In this document: in pieces, positions 11,624-20,033 of the stretch
Layout of the letters: each line of letters starts with the position of its first letter
Position numbering within the stretch: the stretch's first letter is position 1
Assembly (NCBI RefSeq): GCF_039541115.1
Contig: NZ_BAABFP010000005.1
Span: forward strand, 62,001-126,000
DNA from: Angustibacter luteus
Lineage (GTDB): Bacteria; Actinomycetota; Actinomycetes; Actinomycetales; Angustibacteraceae
Reading direction: 5' to 3'
DNA length: 64,000 nt
Made by a program: the position numbers and the translations under genes
Notes under the pieces: model-generated
Told to the model about the DNA's origin: nothing
The model's input: only the letters and a program-made list of their open reading frames with translations
Databases searched by the model: none

Positions 11624-12502
11624 GTGCAGCTGACCTTCACGAAGGGCCACGGGACGGAGAACGACTTCGTCCTGCTCCCCGACCTCGACGCGACGCTCGA
11701 CCTGACGGCCGAGCAGGTGCGCCGGATCACGGACCGGCACGCCGGGATCGGCGCGGACGGCGTGATCCGGGTCGTGCGCACCCGCGACGTCCCGGAGGTC
11801 GCGGACCAGGCCGGTGCCGCGGAGTGGTTCATGGACTACCGCAACGCGGACGGCTCGGCCGCCGAGATGTGCGGCAACGGCGTCCGGGTCTTCGTCGCCT
11901 ACCTCCTGCGCGAGAAGCTGCTCGACGGCGTGGACTGGACCGGCGGCGTGCTCGCCGTGGCCACCCGGGCCGGCACCAAGCACGTGCGGATCGAGGAGGC
12001 CGACCACCTGGCCGTGGACCTCGGTGCGTGGCAGGTCGTCGGCGGCCAGCAGGCGCTCGACGACGGCGGCGACTGCCAGGTCGCCCTGCCCGGGACCGAC
12101 GGGCTCGTCGCCGCGCTGTCCCTCGACCTGGGCAACCCGCACACCGTGGTCATGCTGCCGAACGAGCCGGACCTGGAGGCCCTCGACCTGAGCACGGCGC
12201 CCACGGTGATCCCGGAGCCGCCGAACGGCACGAACGTCGAGTTCGTCGTGCTCGTCTCGTCCGGGCACGTGCGCATGCGCGTGCACGAGCGCGGGGTGGG
12301 CGAGACGCGCTCGTGCGGCACGGGCGCGGCCGCCGCGGCGTTGGCCGCGCGCGCCTGGGTGAGCGTGGCCGGCGGCGGCGAGGTCGACCTGTGGCGGGTG
12401 GACGTGCCCGGCGGCACGCTGCTGGTCCGGCTCAGCGCCGAGGGCACCGTGGAGCTGGCCGGCCCGGCCGAGCTGGTCGCGGACGGCACCCTCACGCTCT
12501 GA
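11624..12502 (+). CDS. dapF: Diaminopimelate epimerase DapF
   Basis: KGHGTENDF, EMCGNG, GNPH, ERGVGETRSCGTG; GTG 11624 chosen as start. Confidence 0.96.
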   Translation: MQLTFTKGHGTENDFVLLPDLDATLDLTAEQVRRITDRHAGIGADGVIRVVRTRDVPEVADQAGAAEWFMDYRNADGSAAEMCGNGVRVFVAYLLREKLLDGVDWTGGVLAVATRAGTKHVRIEEADHLAVDLGAWQVVGGQQALDDGGDCQVALPGTDGLVAALSLDLGNPHTVVMLPNEPDLEALDLSTAPTVIPEPPNGTNVEFVVLVSSGHVRMRVHERGVGETRSCGTGAAAAALAARAWVSVAGGGEVDLWRVDVPGGTLLVRLSAEGTVELAGPAELVADGTLTL

Positions 12503-12563
12503 CTGGCCGCTGTCGCAGGGTCCCCCTACGTTGGCAGAACATGCCCTTTCGGGAGGTTCTGCG

Positions 12564-14411
12564 ATGAAGCGTCAGGTTTTGGTAGCAGGTGCGGCCCTGC
12601 TCGCGGCGACCGGTGGCCTGCTGGCCCCGTCGGCCGCGAACGCCGGGCAGCGCCCGACGTCCGGGTCCGGGCCGGCGACAACGGTCCCCACGACAGTGCA
12701 CCCGGCGACGAAGGTGCCCGTGATGACCGGCGGCGGGGGAGCGGTGTCGTCGGTGGACGAGACCGCCACCCAGGTCGGGATCGACGTGCTGCGGCGGGGC
12801 GGCAACGCCGCCGACGCGGCGGTCGCCGCGGCCGCGACGCTCGGCGTGACCGAACCGTTCTCGTCCGGCATCGGTGGCGGCGGGTTCCTGGTCTACTACG
12901 ACGCCAAGCACCGCCGCGTGCAGGCCGTCGACGGACGCGAGACCGCGCCGAGGTCGTTCACCAGCACGACGTTCACCGACGGCCAGGGCAAGGCGCTCGA
13001 CTTCAACACGGTGGTCAACTCCGGGCTGTCCGTCGGGGTGCCCGGCACGCCCGCGCTGTGGGACACGGTGGCCCGCCGGTGGGGCACCCGGTCGTTCGCC
13101 GACCTGATGAAGCCGGCCCAGCAGGTCGCCGAGCAGGGGTTCGTCGTGGATGCGACGTTCCACCAGCAGGTGGCCGACAACGCGACCCGGTTCGCGAAGT
13201 TCCCGGCCACCGCGGCGCTCTACCTCAAGGGCGGCCAGCCCCCGGCCACGGGCGCGACGTTCCGCAACCCCGACATGGCCAAGGCGTACGGCGAGCTGCG
13301 GGCGCACGGCGTGCGCTCGCTCTACCAGGGCACGCTCGGCGCCGCCCTGCTGGCCGCGTCCCAGCACCCTCGGACCAGTGACGGCAGCACCGTGTACCCG
13401 GGCCAGCTGACGGCCCGTGACCTCGCGTCGTACCGGGCGCTGCTGCGTACCCCGACCAGCACCAGCTACCGCGGGCTCGACGTGCGCGGCATGCCGGTCG
13501 CCTCGTCGGGCGGCATCGCCGTGGGCGAGTCGCTGAACCTGCTCGAGGCCTACGACCGGCAGACCCACCAGAGCATCTCGGACGTCGACGAGGCCCAGTA
13601 CCTGCACCGGTTCAGCGAGGCGACCGCGACCGCGTTCGCCGACCGCAACCGGTGGATCGGCAGCGTGCCCGGCGTCCCGACCCGCGAGCTCACCTCGCAG
13701 GGCTTCGCGAACGAGCGCGCCTGCGCGTTGTTCAGCCCGACCGCCGCGGCCACCCGCCCCCTGCCGTTCGGCAACCCCGACGGCTCGTACTCGTGCTCGC
13801 ATCCGGCCGCCAGCCAGCCGGCCGCCCGCGACGACCACGGCACCACCCACCTGACGGTCGCCGACAAGTGGGGCAACGTGGCCTCGTACACGCTCACGAT
13901 CGAGCAGACCGGCGGCTCGGCCATCACGGTCCCCGGCTGGGGCTTCCTGCTCAACAACGAGCTCACCGACTTCAACTTCGTGCCCCTCACGGCCGGCGTG
14001 CCCGACCCGAACCTGCCCGGCTCGAGCAAGCGGCCGCGCTCGTCGATGAGCCCGACCATCGTCACCCTGCACGGCCGGCCGGTGCTCGCACTGGGCTCGC
14101 CCGGCGGCGCCACGATCATCACGACCGTGGCCCAGGTACTCACCGAGTACGTCGACCGGGGGATGCCCCTGGTGGACGCGATCGCGGCCGCCCGCTTGTC
14201 GTCGCGCAACGGCGTCGAGCAGGCCGAGCCGGCCATCTACGACGGTCCGGACGGCGCTGCGCTGAGATCGCTCGGCCACGTGCTGTCCAGCACGCCCGAG
14301 ATCGGGGCCGCGACCGGCATCGTGATCCGGCCCGACGGCACCTTCCAGGCCGCCGCCGAGCCCGTGCGACGCGGTGGCGGGTCGGCGCAGGTCGTGCGCC
14401 CCGGCGGCTAG
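12564..14411 (+). CDS. ggt: Secreted gamma-glutamyltransferase
   Basis: Signal peptide, GGNAADAAVA, SGIGGGGF, catalytic TTHLTVAD, KRPRSSMSPT, GSPGG. Confidence 0.95.
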   Translation: MKRQVLVAGAALLAATGGLLAPSAANAGQRPTSGSGPATTVPTTVHPATKVPVMTGGGGAVSSVDETATQVGIDVLRRGGNAADAAVAAAATLGVTEPFSSGIGGGGFLVYYDAKHRRVQAVDGRETAPRSFTSTTFTDGQGKALDFNTVVNSGLSVGVPGTPALWDTVARRWGTRSFADLMKPAQQVAEQGFVVDATFHQQVADNATRFAKFPATAALYLKGGQPPATGATFRNPDMAKAYGELRAHGVRSLYQGTLGAALLAASQHPRTSDGSTVYPGQLTARDLASYRALLRTPTSTSYRGLDVRGMPVASSGGIAVGESLNLLEAYDRQTHQSISDVDEAQYLHRFSEATATAFADRNRWIGSVPGVPTRELTSQGFANERACALFSPTAAATRPLPFGNPDGSYSCSHPAASQPAARDDHGTTHLTVADKWGNVASYTLTIEQTGGSAITVPGWGFLLNNELTDFNFVPLTAGVPDPNLPGSSKRPRSSMSPTIVTLHGRPVLALGSPGGATIITTVAQVLTEYVDRGMPLVDAIAAARLSSRNGVEQAEPAIYDGPDGAALRSLGHVLSSTPEIGAATGIVIRPDGTFQAAAEPVRRGGGSAQVVRPGG

Positions 14412-14416
14412 CCCCC

Positions 14417-15064
14417 TCAGCTCAGCGGGGCGGTGACCTGCAGGACGCGGAAGCCCTTGGCGCTCGCGTGCCGGCTCGTCGTGTAGCCCCGCGGGCCGAG
14501 CTGCTCGTCGAGCCAGCGGTGCAGCGAGTCGGACCCGAGGTTGCGCTGCACCACGAGGTAGGCGCTGGCCCCGGCATCCAGCCGGGGCAGCCAGCGCAGC
14601 AGCAGCTCGTGCAGGGCCGTCTTGCCGACCCGGATCGGCGGGTTGCTCCAGATCGCGGCGAAGCGGACGTCGTCCGGGACGTCGTCCGGCCGACCGGCCC
14701 GCACGTTCGACGCGCCCGCACGGGCCGCGTTGCGCTCCAGCAGCCCGACCGAGCGTTCGTTGACGTCGACACCCCACACCGTCGCCTGCGGTGACAGCAT
14801 CGCCAGGGTCAGGCTGATCGGACCCCAGCCGCAGCCGACGTCCAGCAGGTGACCGTGCTCGGGGGGTGGCGGGGACTCGCGCAGCAGCACCTGGGTGCCG
14901 GTGTCCAACCGAGCCGGGCTGAACACGCCGGGGGCGGTGACCAGGTCCAGGTCGCGGTCCAGCAGGCGGACCCGCAGTGGCCGCAGGTCGGCCGGGCTGG
15001 CGGGCTGGGCCGTGAAGTAGTGGTCGCCGTCGCCCTCGGGGCCGGTCCGCTCGCCGCTCTGCAC
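14417..15064 (-). CDS. Class I SAM-dependent methyltransferase (RsmC/MTS-like)
   Basis: HYF, GVFS..LDTGT, LDVGCGWG, IWSNPPIRVGK; start approximate (GTG 15064). Confidence 0.88.
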   Translation of the reverse strand: MQSGERTGPEGDGDHYFTAQPASPADLRPLRVRLLDRDLDLVTAPGVFSPARLDTGTQVLLRESPPPPEHGHLLDVGCGWGPISLTLAMLSPQATVWGVDVNERSVGLLERNAARAGASNVRAGRPDDVPDDVRFAAIWSNPPIRVGKTALHELLLRWLPRLDAGASAYLVVQRNLGSDSLHRWLDEQLGPRGYTTSRHASAKGFRVLQVTAPLS

Positions 15065-15172
15065 CGGGACAGTGTGCCAGCGCCCACGGCCACCCAGGGG
15101 GAATCCGGTGGCCCTCCCGGTCGTTGATATGTCACGTTGGGATACGACGAACCCCCCAGCACCAGGAGATCC

Positions 15173-16651
15173 GTGAACCGCCGCGCCAGTGCCCCCGAGT
15201 CCACCAGTCCCGCCGACCTCGACGACCTCGACGTGGCGCGGGTCGACGAGGCGTCGGACGACGGGTTCGAGGCGAGCGACGACGGCGGGTACGACGGCGA
15301 CCAGCTGGACCTCGAGGAGCGGCACGCGCTGCGCCGCGTGGTCGGCCTGTCCACCGAGCTCGCGGACGTCACCGAGGTGGAGTACCGCCAGCTGCGGCTC
15401 GAGCGGGTCGTGCTGGCCGGGGTCTTCAACGGTGACCTGCGGGACGGTGAGAACTCGCTGGCCGAGCTGGCCGCGCTCGCCGAGACCGCGGGCTCGCAGG
15501 TCCTGGACGCCATCATGCAGCGCCGCGACCAGCCGGACCCCGGCACCTTCCTGGGCTCTGGCAAGGCCAAGGAGCTGCGCGACATCGTGGTCGAGACCGG
15601 CGCCGACACCGTGATCTGCGACGGCGAGCTGTCGCCGTCCCAGCGCCGTGCCCTGGAGGACGTCGTCAAGGTCAAGGTCATCGACCGCACGGCACTGATC
15701 CTGGACATCTTCGCCCAGCACGCCCGCAGCCGGGAGGGCAAGGCGCAGGTCGAGCTCGCGCAGCTCGAGTACCTGCTGCCCCGCCTGCGTGGCTGGGGTG
15801 AGTCGATGTCCCGGCAGGCCGGTGGTCGGGTTGCCGGCGGTGAGGGCATCGGTTCGCGTGGCCCCGGTGAGACCAAGATCGAGCTCGACCGGCGCCGGAT
15901 CCGTACCCGCATCGCCAAGCTGCGCCGGCAGATCCGCGAGATGAAGACCGCCCGCGACGTCAGCCGGCACGACCGCAAGCGGCACGAGGTGCCCAGCGTC
16001 GCCATCGCGGGCTACACCAACGCCGGCAAGTCCAGCCTGCTCAACCGACTCACGAACGCCGGCGTCCTGGTGGAGAACGCCCTGTTCGCCACCCTCGACC
16101 CGACGGTCCGGCGGGCCGAGACCAGCGACGGTCGGACGTACACGTTGGCCGACACGGTCGGGTTCGTCCGCCACCTGCCGCACCAGCTCGTGGAGGCCTT
16201 CCGGTCCACGCTGGAGGAGGTCGCGGACAGCGACCTCGTCCTGCACGTGGTGGACGCCGCCCATCCCGACCCCGAGGGCCAGATCCAGGCGGTGCGGACC
16301 GTCCTGGCCGACGTCGAGGCGCACCAGGTCCCCGAGCTCATCGTGCTGAACAAGGCCGACGCGGCCGACCCCGAGGTCATCGCCCGGATCCGCTCGCGCG
16401 AGCGGGCCGTCGTGGTCGTCTCGGCGCGGACCGGCGAGGGCCTGGCCGAGCTGCAGTCCCGGATCGAGGAGCTGCTGCCCCGACCGGACATCGACGTCGA
16501 GGTCCTGCTGCCCTACGGCCGCGGCGACCTGGTGAGCAAGGTGCACGACGACGGCACCGTGCTGGTCGAGGAGCACCTGGCCGAAGGCACCCGGATCAGC
16601 GCGCGGGTGCACCCCGCCCTGGCGGGCGAGCTCACCGGCTACGCCGTCTGA
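15173..16651 (+). CDS. hflX: GTPase HflX
   Basis: LILDIFAQHA, GYTNAGKSS, LFATLDPT, DTVGF, NKAD; GTG 15173 after RBS AGGAG. Confidence 0.96.
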   Translation: MNRRASAPESTSPADLDDLDVARVDEASDDGFEASDDGGYDGDQLDLEERHALRRVVGLSTELADVTEVEYRQLRLERVVLAGVFNGDLRDGENSLAELAALAETAGSQVLDAIMQRRDQPDPGTFLGSGKAKELRDIVVETGADTVICDGELSPSQRRALEDVVKVKVIDRTALILDIFAQHARSREGKAQVELAQLEYLLPRLRGWGESMSRQAGGRVAGGEGIGSRGPGETKIELDRRRIRTRIAKLRRQIREMKTARDVSRHDRKRHEVPSVAIAGYTNAGKSSLLNRLTNAGVLVENALFATLDPTVRRAETSDGRTYTLADTVGFVRHLPHQLVEAFRSTLEEVADSDLVLHVVDAAHPDPEGQIQAVRTVLADVEAHQVPELIVLNKADAADPEVIARIRSRERAVVVVSARTGEGLAELQSRIEELLPRPDIDVEVLLPYGRGDLVSKVHDDGTVLVEEHLAEGTRISARVHPALAGELTGYAV

Positions 16652-18039
16652 CCCGGCTCACCCGCTGAGACCGTCGGGAGCAGCAGGCGGAAGCAGGCGC
16701 CGCCCTCGGGGGCGTGCGCGGCCTGCGCCTGCCCGCCGAGGCGGCGCGCGATGGTGGCGACGATCGCCAGCCCGAGGCCGGTGCTGACCGGCCGCTGGCC
16801 GGCGTACCGGCGGTGCAGCTCGGAGCGCTCGAACGCGACCGTCAGGTCCTCGTCGGTGAGCCCCGGCCCGCCGTCGCGGACCTCCAGGACGGCGTGGTCG
16901 GTCTCGTGCCGGACGGCCAGGACGACGGGCCGTCCGGACGGCGTGACCCGCACCGCGTTCTCGGCCAGGCCGTCCAGTACCTGGCGGACCCGCACCGGGT
17001 CGGTGCGCACCAGCACGGGTGCCGAGGGCCGCTCCACCAGGAGCTGTTGACCGCCCTGCCCGCACCGGCTGCGCCACACCGGCTCCGCGTCCGCCAGCAG
17101 GGCCGCGAGGTCGACGTCCACGGCGTCGATCCGCAGGTCGACCGCGTCCAACCGGGCCAGGTCCAGCAGGTCGCCGACCAGGCGCTGCAGCCGGTCCGCC
17201 TCGGCGACCAGCGTGCGGCCGACCGCGGGCACCGACTCCGGTTCGGTGACGCCGTCCGCCAGCGCCTCGGCGTAGCCGCGCACGGCCGTGAGCGGCGTGC
17301 GCAGCTCGTGCGAGACGGTGAGCAGGAACTCGCGCTGGCGCTGCTCGCTGAAGCCCAGCTCGGCGCTGAGCGTGTTCACCGCGTCGGCGACTTCCGCGAC
17401 CTCCTGCGGGCCCGTCGGGTCGAGCACCACGTCGCGCTCCCCGGCGGCGAGGCGGTGCGCCGCAGAAGCCATGCGCTGCAACGGTTTCGCTAGCCAGCGA
17501 GCGAGCAGCACGCCGGCCACCACCGCGACAACAAGGCCGACCAGCAGGGCGAGGAGCTGGCGCCACAGCAGCCGTACCGCCGGGCCGATCGCGTCGGACT
17601 GCGCGCGCGCCAGCACGAGCCCACCGCCCTCGGACAGCGGGCGCCCCTCGGCGATCACCGTGCGGCCGCCCGCCTGGAAGCGCAGCGACACCGGCTGCCC
17701 GGCGAGGAGCTGGTCCTTGCCGCGCTCGGCCGCTGCCACCGCGAGGGCGTCCCCGCGCACCGTCCCGTTCGGCTGCACCCGGGCCACCGGCGTGCTGGTC
17801 GCGCGCAGCGCTCGCAGCGCCTGCCCGGTGCGGGCCGGGATGGCGGCGTCCACCAGACCGGTGACCACGTTCGCCTGCTGCGCCAGCGACCGGCGCGCCT
17901 CGGTGCGTGCCGCCTGCCGGACCAGCCCGATCGACAGCAGCGCCGCCACCAGCACTGCGAGCGCTACCGTCGCGGTAATCACCAGGGTGGTGCGCTGGGC
18001 CAGCGTCGGGCGGCGCCGGGGGCGGACGTCGCTGCTCAT
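16639..18039 (-). CDS. Sensor histidine kinase (HAMP, HisKA, HATPase)
   Basis: Two TM helices, SHELRTPLT H-box, DGGPG, GLGLAIV. Confidence 0.93.
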   Translation of the reverse strand: MSSDVRPRRRPTLAQRTTLVITATVALAVLVAALLSIGLVRQAARTEARRSLAQQANVVTGLVDAAIPARTGQALRALRATSTPVARVQPNGTVRGDALAVAAAERGKDQLLAGQPVSLRFQAGGRTVIAEGRPLSEGGGLVLARAQSDAIGPAVRLLWRQLLALLVGLVVAVVAGVLLARWLAKPLQRMASAAHRLAAGERDVVLDPTGPQEVAEVADAVNTLSAELGFSEQRQREFLLTVSHELRTPLTAVRGYAEALADGVTEPESVPAVGRTLVAEADRLQRLVGDLLDLARLDAVDLRIDAVDVDLAALLADAEPVWRSRCGQGGQQLLVERPSAPVLVRTDPVRVRQVLDGLAENAVRVTPSGRPVVLAVRHETDHAVLEVRDGGPGLTDEDLTVAFERSELHRRYAGQRPVSTGLGLAIVATIARRLGGQAQAAHAPEGGACFRLLLPTVSAGEPGQTA

Positions 18040-18740
18040 GCGCGCCGGTCGTCGGCGGCGTACCCGACCCCGCGCACCGTGCGGATCGGGCTGGCGTCGC
18101 CGAGCTTGGCGCGCACCTGGGCGACGTGCACGTCGACCGTGCGGGTCGCGTCGTCCGGCGGGTAGTCCCAGACCTGCGAGAGCAGCTCGCCGCGCCCGAA
18201 CACCCGCCCCGGTCGACGCATCAGGTGCGCGAGCAGGTCGAACTCGGTCGCGGTCAGGTCGACCGGCTGGTCGTCGGCGAACACCTCGCGGCGTCCGGCG
18301 TCCAAGCGCACCCGCCCGACCTGCAGGGGCGGCTCCTCGCTGACCACGACCGTTGCGGTCCCACCGGGTCCGCGACGGAGCACGGCCTTGACCCGGGCGA
18401 CCAGCTCGCGGGGGGAGTAGGGCTTGGTCACGTAGTCGTCGGCGCCGAGCTCGAGGCCGAGCACCCGGTCGACCTCGTCGTCGCGCGCGGTCACCAGGAT
18501 GACCGGCGTCCAGTCACCCGCCGCCCGCATCTCGCGGCACAGGTCTACGCCGTCCCGGCCGCCGGGGAGGCCGATGTCCAGCAGGACGACGTTCGGGGGG
18601 TTGCGCCGGGCGGCGAGCTGGGCGCCGGCCACGTCCCCGGCGACGTCCACGACGAAGCCGTCCCGCTCGAGGTACATCCGGGCCAGGTCGGCCAGGGCGG
18701 GCTCGTCCTCGACGACGAGCACGCGGCGCACTGGGTCCAT
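18036..18740 (-). CDS. OmpR-family response regulator
   Basis: VLVVEDE, LLDIGLP, GADDYVTKP, wHTH RTVDVHVAQVRAKL..TVRGVGY; start ATG 18740. Confidence 0.93.
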   Translation of the reverse strand: MDPVRRVLVVEDEPALADLARMYLERDGFVVDVAGDVAGAQLAARRNPPNVVLLDIGLPGGRDGVDLCREMRAAGDWTPVILVTARDDEVDRVLGLELGADDYVTKPYSPRELVARVKAVLRRGPGGTATVVVSEEPPLQVGRVRLDAGRREVFADDQPVDLTATEFDLLAHLMRRPGRVFGRGELLSQVWDYPPDDATRTVDVHVAQVRAKLGDASPIRTVRGVGYAADDRRA

Positions 18741-18840
18741 GTCCTCACCGTCGCGGTCGGTCTCGGGGTCTGGCAAGCCTCGTACAGGATGCTGACACAC
18801 GCCGATCGGGGCGCAGATCTTGACGCGCCAACGTGCCCCT

Positions 18841-19980
18841 ATGAGCAGCGACGAGACGACGATGGCAGCGGTCCGGATCGGCGCCCTGGCCACGGCCGCG
18901 GCCGGCGCGATCCACTTCGCGGTGGCCGGTGAGCACTTCCACGAGTGGTGGGTGTTCGGGGTGTTCTTCCTGGTCCTCGCGGTGGCCCAGGCGGTGCTCG
19001 CGGTGCGGTTCTGGGCCCTGCCGGAGGCCCGGGTGGCGGCGATGACCGCGGCCGTGAACCTGACCACGGTGCTGCTCTGGGTGGCCAGTCGCACGACCGG
19101 GCTGCCGATCGGGCCGGAGGCAGGCTCCCCGGAGGCGTGGGGGGTCACGGACGGCGTGTGCGCGGCCCTCGAGGTGGCGGCGGCCGTCGCCGCGGGTTGG
19201 GTCGTTCACCGGCTGCGCGAGGCGGGACCGGTGACGTGGCGGCCCACCCGCTCGCTGGCGGTGGTCACCGGCATCGCCGCCGTGGCCGTGGTGGCGGCCA
19301 GTGGTGTTGCGGTCGCCGCCCCCGGTGAGCCCGCCGGCCACGGGCACGACGACGACATGACGATGACCGCAGGTGCAGGACCGGGGCACGAGCACGGCGG
19401 GTCGGCCGGTACCGACCAGGGCAACGGCGAGCGCCACGTGATGGCGAACCTGCCGGACGTCTCCGGCGCGACGGCCGAGCAGACCGCGGCCGCCCGCGCG
19501 CTGGTCACCACCCTGGAGTCGGACACCCGCCGCTACCGCGACGTCGCGGTCGCCACCCGAGCCGGGTACGACGTGGACGCCGCGCTCAAGCACTGGCGGC
19601 AGAAGCACGACGGCAGGCAGCCCGGGCAGATCCCGGCCCTGCACGTGCCGCAGCAGCAGGCGCGCACCGACGGCCGGCTCGTCGACCCGGCGGCGCCCGA
19701 GACGTTGATCTACCACCGTGCCGCGGACGGCACGATGACGCTGATCGGGGTGATGTTCACCGCCGAGCACCAGCAGCCGCCCAGCTCGTACCAGCCGTTC
19801 CTGCGCTGGCACTTCCACCAGAAGCCCGCTGCCGCCGGCTCCGGCGCGACCAAGCCGACCGGCTACATGACGCACGTCTGGTTCGTCGATCCGGGCAGCA
19901 CGGCCGACAGCCTGCGGTACGCGTTCGCGATGAGCCCGCCGAAGGCGCAGCTGCTGGCCTCGCCCGGGGCGAACGCCTGA
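18841..19980 (+). CDS. Membrane protein with His/Met-rich linker and extracytoplasmic C-terminal domain
   Basis: About five hydrophobic segments (AGAIH..EHFHEWW), GHGHDDDMTMT..HEHGG linker, C-terminal PETLIY..GVMF..WHFH..MTHVW. Confidence 0.75.
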   Translation: MSSDETTMAAVRIGALATAAAGAIHFAVAGEHFHEWWVFGVFFLVLAVAQAVLAVRFWALPEARVAAMTAAVNLTTVLLWVASRTTGLPIGPEAGSPEAWGVTDGVCAALEVAAAVAAGWVVHRLREAGPVTWRPTRSLAVVTGIAAVAVVAASGVAVAAPGEPAGHGHDDDMTMTAGAGPGHEHGGSAGTDQGNGERHVMANLPDVSGATAEQTAAARALVTTLESDTRRYRDVAVATRAGYDVDAALKHWRQKHDGRQPGQIPALHVPQQQARTDGRLVDPAAPETLIYHRAADGTMTLIGVMFTAEHQQPPSSYQPFLRWHFHQKPAAAGSGATKPTGYMTHVWFVDPGSTADSLRYAFAMSPPKAQLLASPGANA

Positions 19981-20033
19981 CCCGCGGCGGCCGCCTGCCC
20001 AGGACGCACCGCCCGGCCAAGTAGGGTCGGCGG

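Noticed and set aside
12511..12532. PafBC-like motif before ggt (TGTCGC-N10-TACGTT)
   Set aside because: One mismatch in the core, no tg extension and no functional rationale; likely an ordinary promoter.
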